A stretch of DNA of 61,718 nt, the filler included, from Squatina squatina (taxonomy: Eukaryota): the NCBI GenBank assembly GCA_031763465.1. It is 4 parts of 4 records of this genome, joined end to end, with 100 filler letters (N's around TTAATTAATTAA, not from the genome) between each part and the next. Parts side by side here need not be neighbours in the genome. Positions count along the whole stretch, not along the records: positions 15,143 to 28,647 come from JARFOE010000013.1; positions 28,748 to 44,748 come from JARFOE010000120.1; 2 more parts are not named here. One strand, 5' to 3'. The notes below the pieces were generated by a model that saw only the letters and a list, made by a program, of their open reading frames with translations, was not told where the DNA came from and searched no databases. Position numbers and translations under genes: made by a program. Below are positions 26,374-39,250 of this stretch, piece after piece; position 1 is the stretch's first letter; every line of letters starts with the position of its first letter.

Positions 26374-26503
26374 GATTTGATCTCATTACCCAATTCCAAT
26401 TGGATTCTATTCCACTGCGAGGGGTCAGGAGAGTGGAAGGTTCGACGCCACTTCAGATTGCCTTCAGACTTGACAGAGAGGCAAACTTTGGAATTCCAAC
26501 CAG
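26374..26503 (+). CDS. Collagen alpha-1(IX)-like, NC4/TSPN exon
   Basis: Acceptor cctgtgctctcag| and donor |gtagga. The 130 nt give (G)FDLITQFQLDSIPLRGVRRVEGSTPLQIAFRLDREANFGIPT(R); recalled human COL9A1 has GFDLISQFQ...VGSATLQVAYKL...FRIPTR. Confidence 0.88.
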
Positions 26504-26871
26504 GTAGGAAAGAAGAGTCAAAATCTGTGTGATTTTGCACATGTTGAATTGTCTTTGGTTTGTTTCCATTTAGATAGCTGTCCTGACCAGCAATCCTGGT
26601 CCCTGCAAATTCATTTTAAACGGAAACTAATAGGAAGCAATCCCCAAGATTAAGGATTATGCACAGCACTGTTTTAACCTGAGTATGGCAAAAATATCCA
26701 CCAATGTTTTTAATACAGATGATCTTTCTTTCTATTTCTCACAAGCAAGCCCATGTTGCTATTTGGAAATAGTTTTCTTTGTCAAGGTGAGTTATGTTGC
26801 CATCACTGACCTAGGGTAAACAAGATTTTTCTCCATTCACTTCCCAAACGTGAAACATTGATTCACGTCAC

Positions 26872-27015
26872 TGGCTGTAGAATTTCCTGGAGTTGCTGCT
26901 GCATTGCCGCCGTTCCTTTGCTGGAAGTGCGGCAGCAATGCCGTTTACGCATGAAAGCAAAGATTTTTACTGCTCTTTCAGTGGACTGTGAGCAGCTCTG
27001 AGGAAATTCCAGCCA
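26872..27015. mobile_element. MITE-like inverted-repeat element
   Basis: Imperfect TIRs TGGCTGTAGAATTTCCT ... AGGAAATTCCAGCCA. Confidence 0.5.
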
Positions 27016-28647
27016 TTATCTATTTCATCTCCACAGCACAGCTAGCTTATTCATGTCATTAACCTGCCAAACATGCTGGCCATCTTTATAATGAACAGTT
27101 CAAAAATTAGCCTCTATGTTAGTAATTGCTTTTAATTTTAATTTTAGTACTACGNNNNNNNNNNGCTAATATTGGTCAGGGAGTGGCAGTCTAACTATTA
27201 CAGGAGGTGCAATATAGGTTATGATTACAGGACATGTAATATTAGTTCACGAATGACAATCTCAGAACAATGAACAGTGTAATGTTGGTCAGTGAGATTA
27301 TCGAATGGAAGATAATATTGTAAAATGACTAACAATCAGTTAGATATTTTGATTACATTATTGAATATTTCCATCATAACATCTTGTTGCCATTATGCTA
27401 TTCAGGCAAGCTTTATATTCCTGGAGGAGCCTCATCTGAAAGCTAATTTTCTGCAGCCCTTTTATAGACTATTGGGAAATTATTGCAATGCTGTTTGTAT
27501 AGGGATTATTTAATTTAGCAAGTGTTTATTATTTGTGTTTTTTAAAGAACAAATATGGTTCGTAATACAATCTAGCTTAAAGGATCACCAATCAAGTACA
27601 CCTCTTATTTATAAATGATGCAGGAATCGCACAATCTGGTTCTCCTAGTGGGGTGTGATACTTACCAGAAGCTTACCTTCAAAATGGATGGAAAATCACA
27701 GGCTGCATGCCCACAATTTCCAGAGATGCGTTCCCTGCAAGCGCTGCTCCCTCGTGGGAGTGCCAGATTGTGGAGCCACCAGAGATCTCCTAGATGTTTC
27801 ATCAAGAGGATGATACCCCTTTAAGAGCAAATTTACTTCATGTATTTTGTGCCTATTCACTTCCATGGTAGGAAATTCCTGAGAAGAGCCAAGTGTTTCT
27901 GATAAGCAGTTTAAAATAAATCAATTCTGATATACAGACTGTGACCATGAACTAAGTATGGATTTTCATATCTCCTGGTAAGGCCATCTGCAGGACAGTA
28001 CCATGGTGCAGTGTGTTGGAATACCAGCCTGTTGAGTTATTAAATAGTGGTACATAGATACCTGCCCATAATTCCCACACTAGGTTGTCAGTCTCAGTTA
28101 TGTTGCCATGCAGAAGATCCTGAATAAAATCCAGGTGCTTCCTTCCCCAGGGTTGAGAGAAATCAGAGGGGTAGTTATATCCAGGGTGCTCTGTATGTCA
28201 TAGTTCTAAATAATTATTGAGATTAGGGGGCTGATGGTGACAGCAAATAAATTTAGATCGCTGAGCGAAAGATATTTTCAGCTACTGGAGATCAAAGTTG
28301 TGTAATTCCAGGAATTTAATTGAACAGCAGGGTTATCAGACTGAACAGAACACATGCCTTCTCATCAGATGGGTAGTTGCAGCAGTTAGTGTAAGATGGA
28401 ATGTCTGCTGCTGAGTGCAGTAACTGCTGATGGTGGTGGGTCTGGCTCTGCATTCTTGGTTCATCGAATGGAAGGAGAAAGAGTCAGAGAAAGGGGAAAC
28501 TTGAGTTTCAGTAAGAAGACAAGTGGAAATGAAAATAGAGAGAATTGTGATTTTAGGTGATAATTCAAATGTTACAGAAGCGCTGAATAAAGTGAGAATC
28601 TGTACACTTTTGGGTGACCATCTACACACATCAATTTCAAACTTATT

Positions 28648-28747
28648 NNNNNNNNNNNNNNNNNNNNNNNNNNNNNNNNNNNNNNNNNNNNTTAATTAAT
28701 TAANNNNNNNNNNNNNNNNNNNNNNNNNNNNNNNNNNNNNNNNNNNN
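28648..28747. other. Artificial scaffold spacer (N44-TTAATTAATTAA-N44)
   Basis: 12-mer at 28692-28703. Confidence 0.95.
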
Positions 28748-28870
28748 ACCGCTCGTGCTTTCACCACTCATGTACACCACCTAGTTTATTAAAACAGGTT
28801 TAATTTGATCTTTATTTTTGCCACTGCGCATTGAAGCCATTTCATTCTCATTTCTGTCTGTCTGTTGCAG

Positions 28871-28901
28871 AATCTTAAACTCTTGCACAGATCTGATGAA
28901 G
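28871..28901 (+). CDS. HIP1R: Huntingtin-interacting protein 1-related, 31-nt exon (I/LWEQ domain)
   Basis: Acceptor ctgtctgttgcag| and donor |gtaag. Encodes (R)ILNSCTDLMK, identical to recalled HIP1R. Confidence 0.88.
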
Positions 28902-29316
28902 GTAAGAACTGCACACTGCAGTCTGGTGTTTATAAAATGAGGAATATAATGTTCATTTACCAGACAACGAATCCTGTGGACACGATCAAAGCCATGTTTT
29001 GCCTATACAAAAAATGGACTCAAATAATGAATGTTCTTTGCTTTTATTTATCTTTATAATATTTACAACATATAAAAGGGAATTCAGCACATTTCATTGC
29101 AGAGTAGTGTAGGAAGGATGTGATGGTTGTGTCCTGAAGATGAGTAGTTCTAGTAAAGTTGGTTCATTTGAACAAATGTTCTGATGTAGCAGAAAATATG
29201 AGGTTTTGACAGATTTAGTGGCTCCTGAGAAAGTGGTTCCAGAGTTCCTGGTTGGCTCAGCTGCAGAAATCTATTCCCATGTCACTAACGTAAGACTGCA
29301 TTCTCTCACACTTCAG

Positions 29317-29379
29317 GCAATAAGACAGCTGGTCATGGCTTCAACGAGTTTGCAGAAGGAGATTGTGGAAAGTGCAAGG
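29317..29379 (+). CDS. HIP1R: HIP1R, 63-nt exon (I/LWEQ domain)
   Basis: Acceptor ctctcacacttcag| and donor |gtaagg. Encodes AIRQLVMASTSLQKEIVESAR (recalled human AIRLLVTTSTSLQKEIVESGR). Confidence 0.9.
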
Positions 29380-29445
29380 GTAAGGATAGTTGTCTCTGTT
29401 CAAATTAGATTTCTGGGACATAGCTTCCCTAATGAGACTCCAACG

Positions 29446-29521
29446 CCACACAGCACCCCTCACCGTAATGGTCCCACACCACACAGCACCCCTCACCCTA
29501 ATGGTCCCACACCACACAGCA
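29446..29521 (+). repeat. 33-bp minisatellite running into a gap
   Basis: ccacacagcacccctcacc(g/c)taatggtcccaca, about 2.3 copies. Confidence 0.85.
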
Positions 29522-32500
29522 NNNNNNNNNNNNNNNNNNNNNNNNNNNNNNNNNNNNNNNNNNNNNNNNNNNNNNNNNNNNNNNNNNNNNNNNNNNNNNN
29601 NNNNNNNNNNNNNNNNNNNNNAATTTCACCTTTAAATATTTAGCGCCGAAATCAGGCGTTAGACCCCTAATGCCCGCTCTATACCCATTTAGTGCTAGCG
29701 CTGGAGAGACAACTGGGCACCCATAGACTTTGGTCCACAATTTGGAAGTTTTGAAGGGATAACAGGGCAGGGATCTAAGTTTTCAATAAAAGTGGCCCCT
29801 TTTCAAATTCAGTTCACATAAATAAGCATGAATTTGGTGCAAATAGAAGTTAGTGGGAGGTAGGGATAATAATCTTCAATTTTGATGCCCTTTTCTCCCA
29901 AAGCTGGTGGAAAGCTTTGGGGATAACCAAAGTTTAAAAAGCATATGTCACTGCTGTTTTGCTTCCGCAGGGATTATACAAGTTGAGAGTGAGCAGCAGC
30001 TGAAGGTGCTAAATAATATAAAACAGGAAAATCAGCATTAGATCCTTAAACATGATTACTGGTTAAATAAAAATTATAAAAGTCTTAAACGTTATAATAA
30101 CTTGAACACTTAAAAATCCATTGAGAATGAAAATACATTTGCGAAACATTTATAAATTCCTATTTTACACTATTTTCACAAACAAAATCGATAAAGCCAG
30201 GATTTTTTTTTAAAATCTGGATTTGGGATGAAAAGTGTAGAATCTGACATCTATTTCATTCACAGAAAATGGAAATAAATATGTAGCATTTTGTTAATTT
30301 CTACTACACTAGATCTACTCACTTGCCAGTTATTTAAAGTTGACCTTTGAATTTAGTGCAAAAAGGGAGATCCAACTCAATTCATGACTCATGGTAATCA
30401 GGGATACCATTGTTTACTGATCACGTGGAATTGAAACTAGAGACGTAGGAAAATAGATATAGAACATTGGATTTTATTAATAGAACATGATTAAAATATT
30501 CTGAGGTAACTTTCTGTAGCTCACCACTACAACAATCATTAGTAACAGCAGTTATGAACTATAGACTTCACAAAAAAGTGTAGTGTGTCAAATATTTTAG
30601 TTTTTTTAAAAAAACATTTGAAATCTGAGTGTTGAGTTTTTCCAGCAGTAGCACATAGTTACCGCTATAAAAAAGTGTTTTCAGTTATTAACAAATGAAA
30701 AATTGGAGCAGACACTATTAATCTTAGGGCCCTTTCAAGCCAACTGAAACAACTTGACCAAATTGTCCTACAAACCATCCTCAGAAGCAAATTGCTCAAT
30801 TGTAGGATTTAAAATGTTGCTACATCACTTGACTGAGCTGTAAATGACAAATATGCCAAAGAACTTTTGCAACTCAATGTGTAATTTCAGGATCACAAGG
30901 AAGAGGAGATTAGACTTGGTCAATTGCAATAGAACATTTCCCCCCCCCCCCCCACACAAGGAGTTATCTCGCCACCAACTAATGTGCTCATTATTAATAT
31001 TAACATTGACAGGACAATCACAACATCTCAATTTTGATATACTGTACACTGCTACCAGTTTAAAGTGAAAAATTCTGATTACTTGCAACACTCCCCACAC
31101 CACCACCACCCCCCCACCCCTTCCCTCCTCCCATTCCCCAAAAAACATACATTATATGAAAATTTATGTGCTGCCCACATGAGCATCACAAGCTTACAAA
31201 GTAAAACATTTCCCACTGTCCCTTACAACCAATATTGCTAAGGCACATAAGATACATGTGTTCTGGACTCCATATTCAGCTACATATGATGCCTTGAGTC
31301 ATGAGTCTGCANNNNNNNNNNNNNNNNNNNNNNNNNNNNNNNNNNNNNNNNNNNNNNNNNNNNNNNNNNNNNNNNNNNNNNNNNNNNNNNNNNNNNNNNN
31401 NNNNNNNNNNNNNNNNNNNNNNNNNNNNNNNNNNNNNNNNNNNNNNNNNNNNNNNNNNNNNNNNNNNNNNNNNNNNNNNNNNNNNNNNNNNNNNNNNNNN
31501 NNNNNNNNNNNNNNNNNNNNNNNNNNNNNNNNNNNNNNNNNNNNNNNNNNNNNNNNNNNNNNNNNNNNNNNNNNNNNNNNNNNNNNNNNNNNNNNNNNNN
31601 NNNNNNNNNNNNNNNNNNNNNNNNNNNNNNNNNNNNNNNNNNNNNNNNNNNNNNNNNNNNNNNNNNNNNNNNNNNNNNNNNNNNNNNNNNNNNNNNNNNN
31701 NNNNNNNNNNNNNNNNNNNNNNNNNNNNNNNNNNNNNNNNNNNNNNNNNNNNNNNNNNNNNNNNNNNNNNNNNNNNNNNNNNNNNNNNNNNNNNNNNNNN
31801 NNNNNNNNNNNNNNNNNNNNNNNNNNNNNNNNNNNNNNNNNNNNNNNNNNNNTGGAGTTTTAAGTGGTTTGTACATGTATTAACAAGACAATCTAATATT
31901 TCAGGTATTTTGGCCAAACCTGTTTGACTGATCACAGCCAGTTTTAAGAAGAAACTTTAGCATGACATTTAAGTGAATGCTAACTAAGATTCAATAAATC
32001 TACATTAATGTTGAAATAAATGGAATACAATGAAGATCCCCTTCCCTTCAAAAACATAGCAAAATTCAGCAGAAAGTTTGAGAAAAGCATACCCAATTAT
32101 ACAATCACTTAGGCATAAATTTCAGAGTCAATATATAAATCACCCCTTTTCTAAAAAGGGACAAAAACAGCACGGCTTATGAGATCTGCAATGATTACAC
32201 AGTCAGTGCATAAAAGGAGAAATGTAATTTTTCAAGAATAAACTTAATGTGAATTAGTAAATAAATTTCCATAAGCCATGTGCTACTGGACTGTTCCTAA
32301 ATTTTAACAATCTTCATGTATCAGCATTTGTATGTTTTTTGCATCAGTTGATTCTCATGAATTTCCACTAAAGGTCTCGATCCAAAAAAGTGCAAGGGAT
32401 TCAAAATAGTTTAAAAAAAACCCGAAAGATTACAGTTAAAGGCCCCGTTACATCTTTGAACATTCTATCCAAAAGTGTTTGCACAAAATAGAACTTTGCG

Positions 32501-32680
32501 GCCGCACACAATTTTCTGAAATTCTTAATGAAATGATGCCACATAGGAGCAAACTTCTAATTCGCAGTCTAACAAATGTAGTACTTCCCCCTCAAAGAAA
32601 TAGACTTTATCAGACACTGAACATTTCAGCAGAATTTAAAGCACCTATGCAAAGAATGCAGTGGACCCCATTCCATAAGA

Positions 32681-33175
32681 TTACTGCAAAATAAAGCCTG
32701 GTTGAGGAGGGCGTTGTCCAGCTTTCGGAGCGACTAGTGGAGGACAAGGTGGCCTGTATTGCAGTGGATAACCTAACTGAGATGTGAAAATTGGAGCACT
32801 GTTTCCTGATCTTGGTGGGATAGGAGGGAAAGGACCAGCTGGGTAAGGAGGGTCTGATCCTGCTCCCAGAGCAGCACTTGTAAATGGAGTGGGGCAGGCT
32901 CCTGTTTGAGAGGGTGGGGGTGGTGGAACTCTCCGAGGCACAACTGTGGGAGTGTTAGATTCCGTAGAGCTGGTATTCTGATTTGTCTGTACTGGCTCGG
33001 GTTGCTTCTGTAGCTGTGGTAACCGTGCCTGAGCTAGCCTCGGTCCTTTTATGACAATCTCCTGCAGCTTCTCAATTTTCACCCGCCGCTGATGTGCAAG
33101 TTTCCGTTTATTCTGATACTGGTCAATGAACACATCCAAGGGTACTTCACCATCCAGAAAGTCCTTCGCCATGAT
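32681..33175 (-). CDS. VPS37B: ESCRT-I subunit VPS37B, terminal coding exon
   Basis: Acceptor taattttcag|, then IMAKDFLDGEVPLDVFIDQYQNKRKLAHQRRVKIEKLQE (end of the Mod_r domain) and a proline-rich tail ending QPGFILQ*, as in VPS37B. Confidence 0.93.
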   Translation of the reverse strand: MMAKDFLDGEVPLDVFIDQYQNKRKLAHQRRVKIEKLQEIVIKGPRLAQARLPQLQKQPEPVQTNQNTSSTESNTPTVVPRRVPPPPPSQTGACPTPFTSAALGAGSDPPYPAGPFPPIPPRSGNSAPIFTSQLGYPLQYRPPCPPLVAPKAGQRPPQPGFILQ

Positions 33176-34539
33176 CTGAAAATTAGGTTAAAGCCATCAA
33201 AAGTTTGGTTTAGTCCTACTTTTCTTTACATCCAAGGAGAGAAGTAAAACATTTTATATTAATGATTCACACATTTTGTGTTAAGAGGACTATATTTATA
33301 CATCCCATACAGAAAGGAAACCTTTTAAATTTAAAACAGATTCTTCCATATGAAAAGATTTTACCACTGGGTTTAAACTCACATTGGAGCTACCAATTCT
33401 TCAGAGAATCTCTACCACCAGATACATTAAAGTCATAAAAAAAGAATAATTCAGTAATGCACTAGTTTAATAGGCAGTCAACATCTTGTGTGAAGCTATG
33501 CTTTGACTAGTTGTTTTGGCCCACATGCATATCATTTGCTTCGCTAACTAAAGACAATAGTATATTCGTATGTGGAAATTTTCAAATGAAGAGTATGGTT
33601 AGAATTTTCACTGAAGTTCTCCTGATTCTCCTAATTCAGTATGATTTCCCTACACAAATTTTCCTTTCTGCTTGCTTAACTGTCTAGTCTCTCACTCATT
33701 GCAATGGAACTAATAAGATCACTTGTGTCACTGCCGGTATATGCACTGCGGAGCTGGTTGTTGCCTCCTTTAGAGAGGCAGAACAGAGAGTGTGTACTAG
33801 AACAAAATATAAAACTGAATGGGAGAGGGAGCCCTGGGTCATGGTTCAAAAAGACAGCATTCCTACATGCCTTTTTTCTTAAAAAAAAGGAAGCAAAACA
33901 CACTGAGGCCCTGCTATAACATGGCTTGCTATAGCACAGAATGTAATATTACACGGGTTCGTCTCGGACCCCAAAATTTTCACAATGTGTTAAACATATT
34001 ATGGAAATTAACGTATTATGGAAAAAATAACCTACAGTATTCTATACATGCACATGCGCTGCACATTATTTAGTACCATCAATTAAAACGTTATAACGCA
34101 GTCTCAGAATATGGGCCAGTGTACCGGAATACCCCAGTGTATTCCATTTATATGTGGAAATAACGCTGCATTTGAAGAATAAAATTTTGGACAAACTAGT
34201 TGTGTCTTTGTTAAGCTGTCTCCTTTTTCTTCTATGTAGTTTCTACATAATCAGTGGATGGTAGGAATCTGAACTTCAGAGGAAGTGTCAACAGACCACT
34301 TGACAAGGGGGAGCATCACAGCTTAACGTGATCCTACTCTCATCCAACATCTCTCACTTCCACCTAGAATTGTTGGATTAGGAACAGGAGTGGGAACACG
34401 GTGAATATTTTTCTGCTCCCTAGTCCAAGGACACCAAACCCAACTCTGCTTAGAGATTCCGTCTGGGACTTTCCTCAGTGACGTAGTCTATTGTGCAGTT
34501 ACTCACTGACGTAAAGTTTGAATTGCAAAAAACATTTAC

Positions 34540-34622
34540 CTCAGTTTCCTCTTCAATTTTTGCCCCTTCTGTTTGTAGGAGTGCGAGAAGTATGTCTAGA
34601 GAAGAACTACTGGATTGACTAT
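34540..34622 (-). CDS. VPS37B: VPS37B penultimate coding exon
   Basis: Acceptor cttccctccacag| and donor |gtaaat. The 83 nt give (D)SQSSSSSLDILLALLQTEGAKIEEETE, joining the terminal exon in phase 0. Confidence 0.92.
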
Positions 34623-35244
34623 CTGTGGAGGGAAGAATAATTCTTTCAATGTCACAATTTTTCACAAACCAAGAAGCTATATTTTAGAGTTTAGTTAATA
34701 GATCAAAACAATGTCATCTGCATTTAAAGCAGTGCCAAAGATTGAGTTATGCAATCATTTTCAAAAACAGGATAAATCTGGTTACCATATAGAATTAAAC
34801 TGCTTTTGCCCTGGGTGAAAGGCATGCAATATAGAGCAGCACTCTAGTACCACTGAAATATAGACATTGACTGCACAGTACACAGCTATTCAGCCCATAT
34901 CAGTGCTGGCTCTTTGCGAGGACAATCCAAAATTAATCCCACTATGCTGCTTGCCACCATAGTTCTGTACACTCCTCTATTTAGACTTTATATTCTATTT
35001 AGGTATATTTAGACTTCCAGAAGGCTTTTGNNNNNNNNNNNNNNNNNNNNNNNNNNNNNNNNNNNNNNNNNNNNNNNNNNNNNNNNNNNNNNNNNNNNNN
35101 NNNNNNNNNNNNNNNNNNNNNNNNNNNNNNAGTTGCCGCAATTGCCATCCCACAGGGCATTCCCCTATTCACCATTATTATGGTTCCGGTCCCACTCCAG
35201 AGACTCGGGCGCGGGGTCTACGTTGGCACTCCTGGGGTGCCGTC

Positions 35245-35550
35245 TTTAGATTGAGATATTGAACCGAGGCCCTGTCTCATGAATCAAAGTGCCCATGGCA
35301 CTATTTTCAAATGAAGTTCTCCCCGCTGCATTGGCCAATATTTATCCCTCAACCAACATACTAAAAAACAGATTATCTGATCATTATTTCATTGTGATCG
35401 ATAGATTTTTGGATATCAAGGAATACGAGGATAGTGCAGGAAGGTAGAGTTGAGGTAGAAGATTTTAGCCATGATTTTATTTAATGGTGGAGCAGGTTCG
35501 AAGGGCTGAATGGCCTACTCCTGCTCGTATTTATGCTCTTATGTTATGTT
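35245..35550 (+). mobile_element. Deu-SINE fragment joined to a CR1 3' end
   Basis: ttggccaatatttatccctcaaccaac (SINE), then gggctgaatggcctactcctgctc..ttatg (CR1 tail). Confidence 0.55.
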
Positions 35551-35744
35551 GTTATTATTATGGAGAAGGTGCACAGGCATCATGGCAGGAGACAGCAGCG
35601 AACTCACTGTTAACCGCCACCACCCCCCCACTGTCCCGAATGTTTCCAGGGCCTGCCATTGGCCGTGTCACTTCTGAGGCTTGAGAAAACATCATATAGA
35701 TTTCATTTTCGTTAATTCAATTAGTAAAGCAATGCAAGATGTAC

Positions 35745-35813
35745 CTGAGTTTCATTGAAATCTTTCACACCAACGCAATAAACTGTAGCTCCAAAACTTC
35801 TAGCTCTTTCGGC
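35745..35813 (-). CDS. Anthrax toxin receptor 1-like, vWA-domain exon
   Basis: Acceptor ttttctttatatag| and donor |gtac. The 69 nt give [23 protein letters not shown] (recalled human ANTXR1 [23 protein letters not shown]). The paralog is uncertain. Confidence 0.85.
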
Positions 35814-37595
35814 CTATATAAAGAAAACAGTTTGCCAAATTTAATTTGTGTTAAAAATAGTATTTACGTAAATGTTACTGTTTTAATTACTTACCTAACA
35901 TTGCATAAATAGGAGATATAACGAGGGGCAAATACCTCTATCCTGCTTATAGCATTGAGTATAATTGTAATTATTTTCTTCTGACGTTTAACATTTTAAT
36001 TACTAGTGGCGTCAAACTATGTTGTACAATATTGGGATGCAAGCATATAAAATGCCTTTCTCCATTCTTTTAATGGAGCAGTTAACCCATTTATTTTAAA
36101 ATGATTTAATGCCTCCCCTAAAATGATGGAGAAAGAAATTTCATAGAAATGCATTTAGCCAATATCACACAGTGCAACCTCACCCATAAATCTTTTTTCC
36201 ACGGAGTACTGTATTCTCCACCACAATATACCCTTTATTCATAAACATAAGATAGTGACATCTTATAATTTTATGAACATGTCTCTGTAGGACATCTTAC
36301 ATTCGAATGAGAATCCACATTGATTCTTGCAAGGTGAACATCCTCAATCCACCACAAAAACTGCAGCCTAAATGAACGAACCAACCTCATAAAAAATCTC
36401 CAGTGCCTAAAGAAAGGGGTAAGCTTTAATATGAACATATCGGTGCAGTTAGATGTACAGCTGCAGTATTCCACATTTATCTCTGAACTATTTCTCCCCA
36501 CATGCAGCCAACGTCTAACAATCCCAACTTTTGAAACTTGCCCTCCTTGTCGATGCTCAAGTTCTCACACTGAGTGAGGGCTGGCTTCAGGAGTGTGAAA
36601 TTTGCTCTAGATCGCCATTATAAAAATTTAATTATCTTCCAGAAAGATTTTTTTAAAAAACATTAGAGGGCTTAATTCCTACTTGTACCTCAGATTTTTT
36701 TTTTTACAGTAATTTATTTAGTTTTAAAGTGAAAATTCTGTTAACTATCCCCTCCCTCCATCATCAACACCACGTTTACTCAAAAGAGCCGAAGGTTTGG
36801 TTTATGATTGACATGGGAGCTACATTTTCAACAGTGATGTCTTTGTTTTAATTTTGTTTTTTTTATCAGTACTCTGGCTAAAAATAAGTGCATTTGCTGA
36901 CTTCAATTTGTTTCCGAGCATTCAGTTCCCCCACTAATGCGATCCATATGACTGTTAGGCTTGAATATGCTGGAGTCCATAAAAAAGGGAAAAATAGCTA
37001 TTTGCCTTGCTTCACACCAGGCTTTGATTAGTTTGAGCTTTTGCAACATTATACGTTAATGGAGCCCAGAAATGCTGCTCGAAAACTTTATTAAGGGATC
37101 TTAGTTTATTGCCAGGCAGAAAACAGTTACCCATAAATGCTCAAGTTTCAGTTTTTAATTTTTAATATGTGTTTTGTTGCTGATATCGCAAGCTGCACAA
37201 ACCCCAAAGTGTTGAGCTCAGAAGCAGTAGATGTAATGATGTGCATTCCCTCCTGTGGGCACCTTAAGGGGAAAGTATCGGCTATTATGAGCCGATCGCG
37301 CAGGCACATGTTCAGTGTGGGGGGAGGGGTCCGAAAGTTCATGGGTCATTGCATCTGGAGTGTGCGGGCCACTACTTTATGCCCATGCTGCACTGTGTGC
37401 TCAAGAGGTTCATGTTGATGATGTATGCGGGCCTCATTATGGGTCTGAAACTAATGCTAATTGAGGTAGAACTTCCTTAACCTGTACTTTGTGCTNNNNN
37501 NNNNNNNNNNNNNNNNNNNNNNNNNNNNNNNNNNNNNNNNNNNNNNNNNNNNNNNNNNNNNNNNNNNNNNNNNNNNNNNNNNNNNNNNNNNNNNN

Positions 37596-37700
37596 GGGGG
37601 AGGCGAGATGGCCGCCTCCCGACGCCGTTTTTAAAAAACATCCCATTAGTGCCTCTCAGAGGCGTTAATGGGACATTAAAAGAGGCCAATTTAGGCCCCC
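37596..37700 (-). mobile_element. TIR element terminus with internal hairpin (family of 45757-45914)
   Basis: Its reverse complement closely matches 45757-45840. Confidence 0.6.
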
Positions 37701-39250
37701 AGATTTCCACAATTATGAGGTTACAATTAAGCTCCGACATTTTTATCTCGGTCATTTCTATTGACTGTAATGCAAAATGGTAACCTTCCTTGTAGAGATA
37801 GGAATCGACACACCGACTTCCATGAAGAAATGAATTTACTGTCTTCAATATTATGATATAAAATAAAAACACTCTTTTTATGAACTGACAACACTTGTAG
37901 TTCTTACAGGTAATGCAAAACACTCCATGAGCAATAGGACAGTCAAGCGCACTGACTTGAAATAATCATTTGTATCGGTTTAGGTATGTAATATCAAGTG
38001 GTTTCATGTCACTGCCTACTCCCTGAGGCTGCACAGTCACACCTATCTGCAGTGTTTGTTGAGTGTTTTGTCAGCAGAACATATAGAGACAGGATGCAGA
38101 GTCTTGGGATCGCAAGCTGAATTTAGTGAGTGCNNNNNNNNNNNNNNNNNNNNNNNNNNNNNNNNNNNNNNNNNNNNNNNNNNNNNNNNNNNNNNNNNNN
38201 NNNNNNNNNNNNNNNNNNNNNNNNNNNNNNNNNCAGGAGACTGGCAGAACCCCTAGAGTTAATGGCTGTTCTGCATTCTCCTGAAAGAACACATACATAT
38301 GTTAAACGGGCTAAACTCCTAGATTTCAAACAAACGCTGGAAAAACACTGCAGGTCTGTCAGTATCTACAAAGAGAAAAGGCAGCTTAATGTTTGGGTCT
38401 GGACCCTTTGTCAGGATCCTAGAATTTTCTGCACTTCAGAATTAATATACATCATCAACATCCACTGCATATCTCTCCTAACAGAACACTAAGCCCATCC
38501 AAATCTGGCAGCTTTCGTTCTGGTTTGATTCCAATTGTTGATGGTTCAAGTACTGCTATACCTGTATTTTTAAGTTTTTACCTGGCTGTAATTTTAACTG
38601 TGTTCTTTCCAAACCTCAGCAAAAATACCTGCAGCTGTTTGCTTTGACCTAGTATTGAACTGCACAGCACTAATCTGCACTTCGCACCTTGTTTTTTCAG
38701 AAAATAGTGGGTTCAAGGTCAAAAAAGCAATATTCAGATCCTGAACTTGAAACAACTCACACCTTTGTAAATGCGTCGCAGTCTTAAATACAGGACAATA
38801 ACTTACACGCTAATATGACTCAGAAATCAGGAAATTACTATTGCCAGTATTAGCAGATGAATGCGCAACATGCTGGTTTGGCATTCCTCTACCTGCTATT
38901 TGAGTGGAGGCATTAAGCCATTTAAAATAAACAGATTAACACCCGTGTTAAAATAGTGGACGTAGGAATATCATAAAATTGTGTAAAGTGCATTACTCCT
39001 AATACAGTCCATACCACATGCCATCCCCGCTTATCGCAGGCAACCACCTATGTCAGGCCAATGGCGCCAACCATTTGCCAGTATCATTGATGTCAACTAC
39101 AAAAGCACCACTGATAATGCATTAAGCATGCCAGCTATTTAGGGCAGACTTTGTCACGCAGTCCTTCTAACAGATTCTCCTGCTTCAATAATTGCAGGTT
39201 TTTGTCCATTCCTCATCCATTTCTCATCTTCCGACAGGTGCTTCAGAGTT

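Noticed and set aside
29446-29521. 33-bp direct repeats as a CRISPR-like array or a coding PTPHSTPH repeat
   Set aside because: Head-to-tail with no spacers, and intronic after the HIP1R donor; an ordinary minisatellite.
31258-31935. Long ORFs of about 200 aa in the ORF track
   Set aside because: Composed almost entirely of Ns; the same applies to most X-containing ORFs.
32681-34622. VPS37C assignment, since PPP1R32 and LRRC10B are in the same window
   Set aside because: The peptide and C-terminus match VPS37B, it neighbours HIP1R, and a spacer separates it from that scaffold.
36301-36367. Minus-strand exon-like segment (LQFLWWIEDVHLARINVDSHSN) with ag/gtaag bounds
   Set aside because: Does not match the expected upstream ANTXR exon (..SVIIALTDGEL..) or any protein I recognise.
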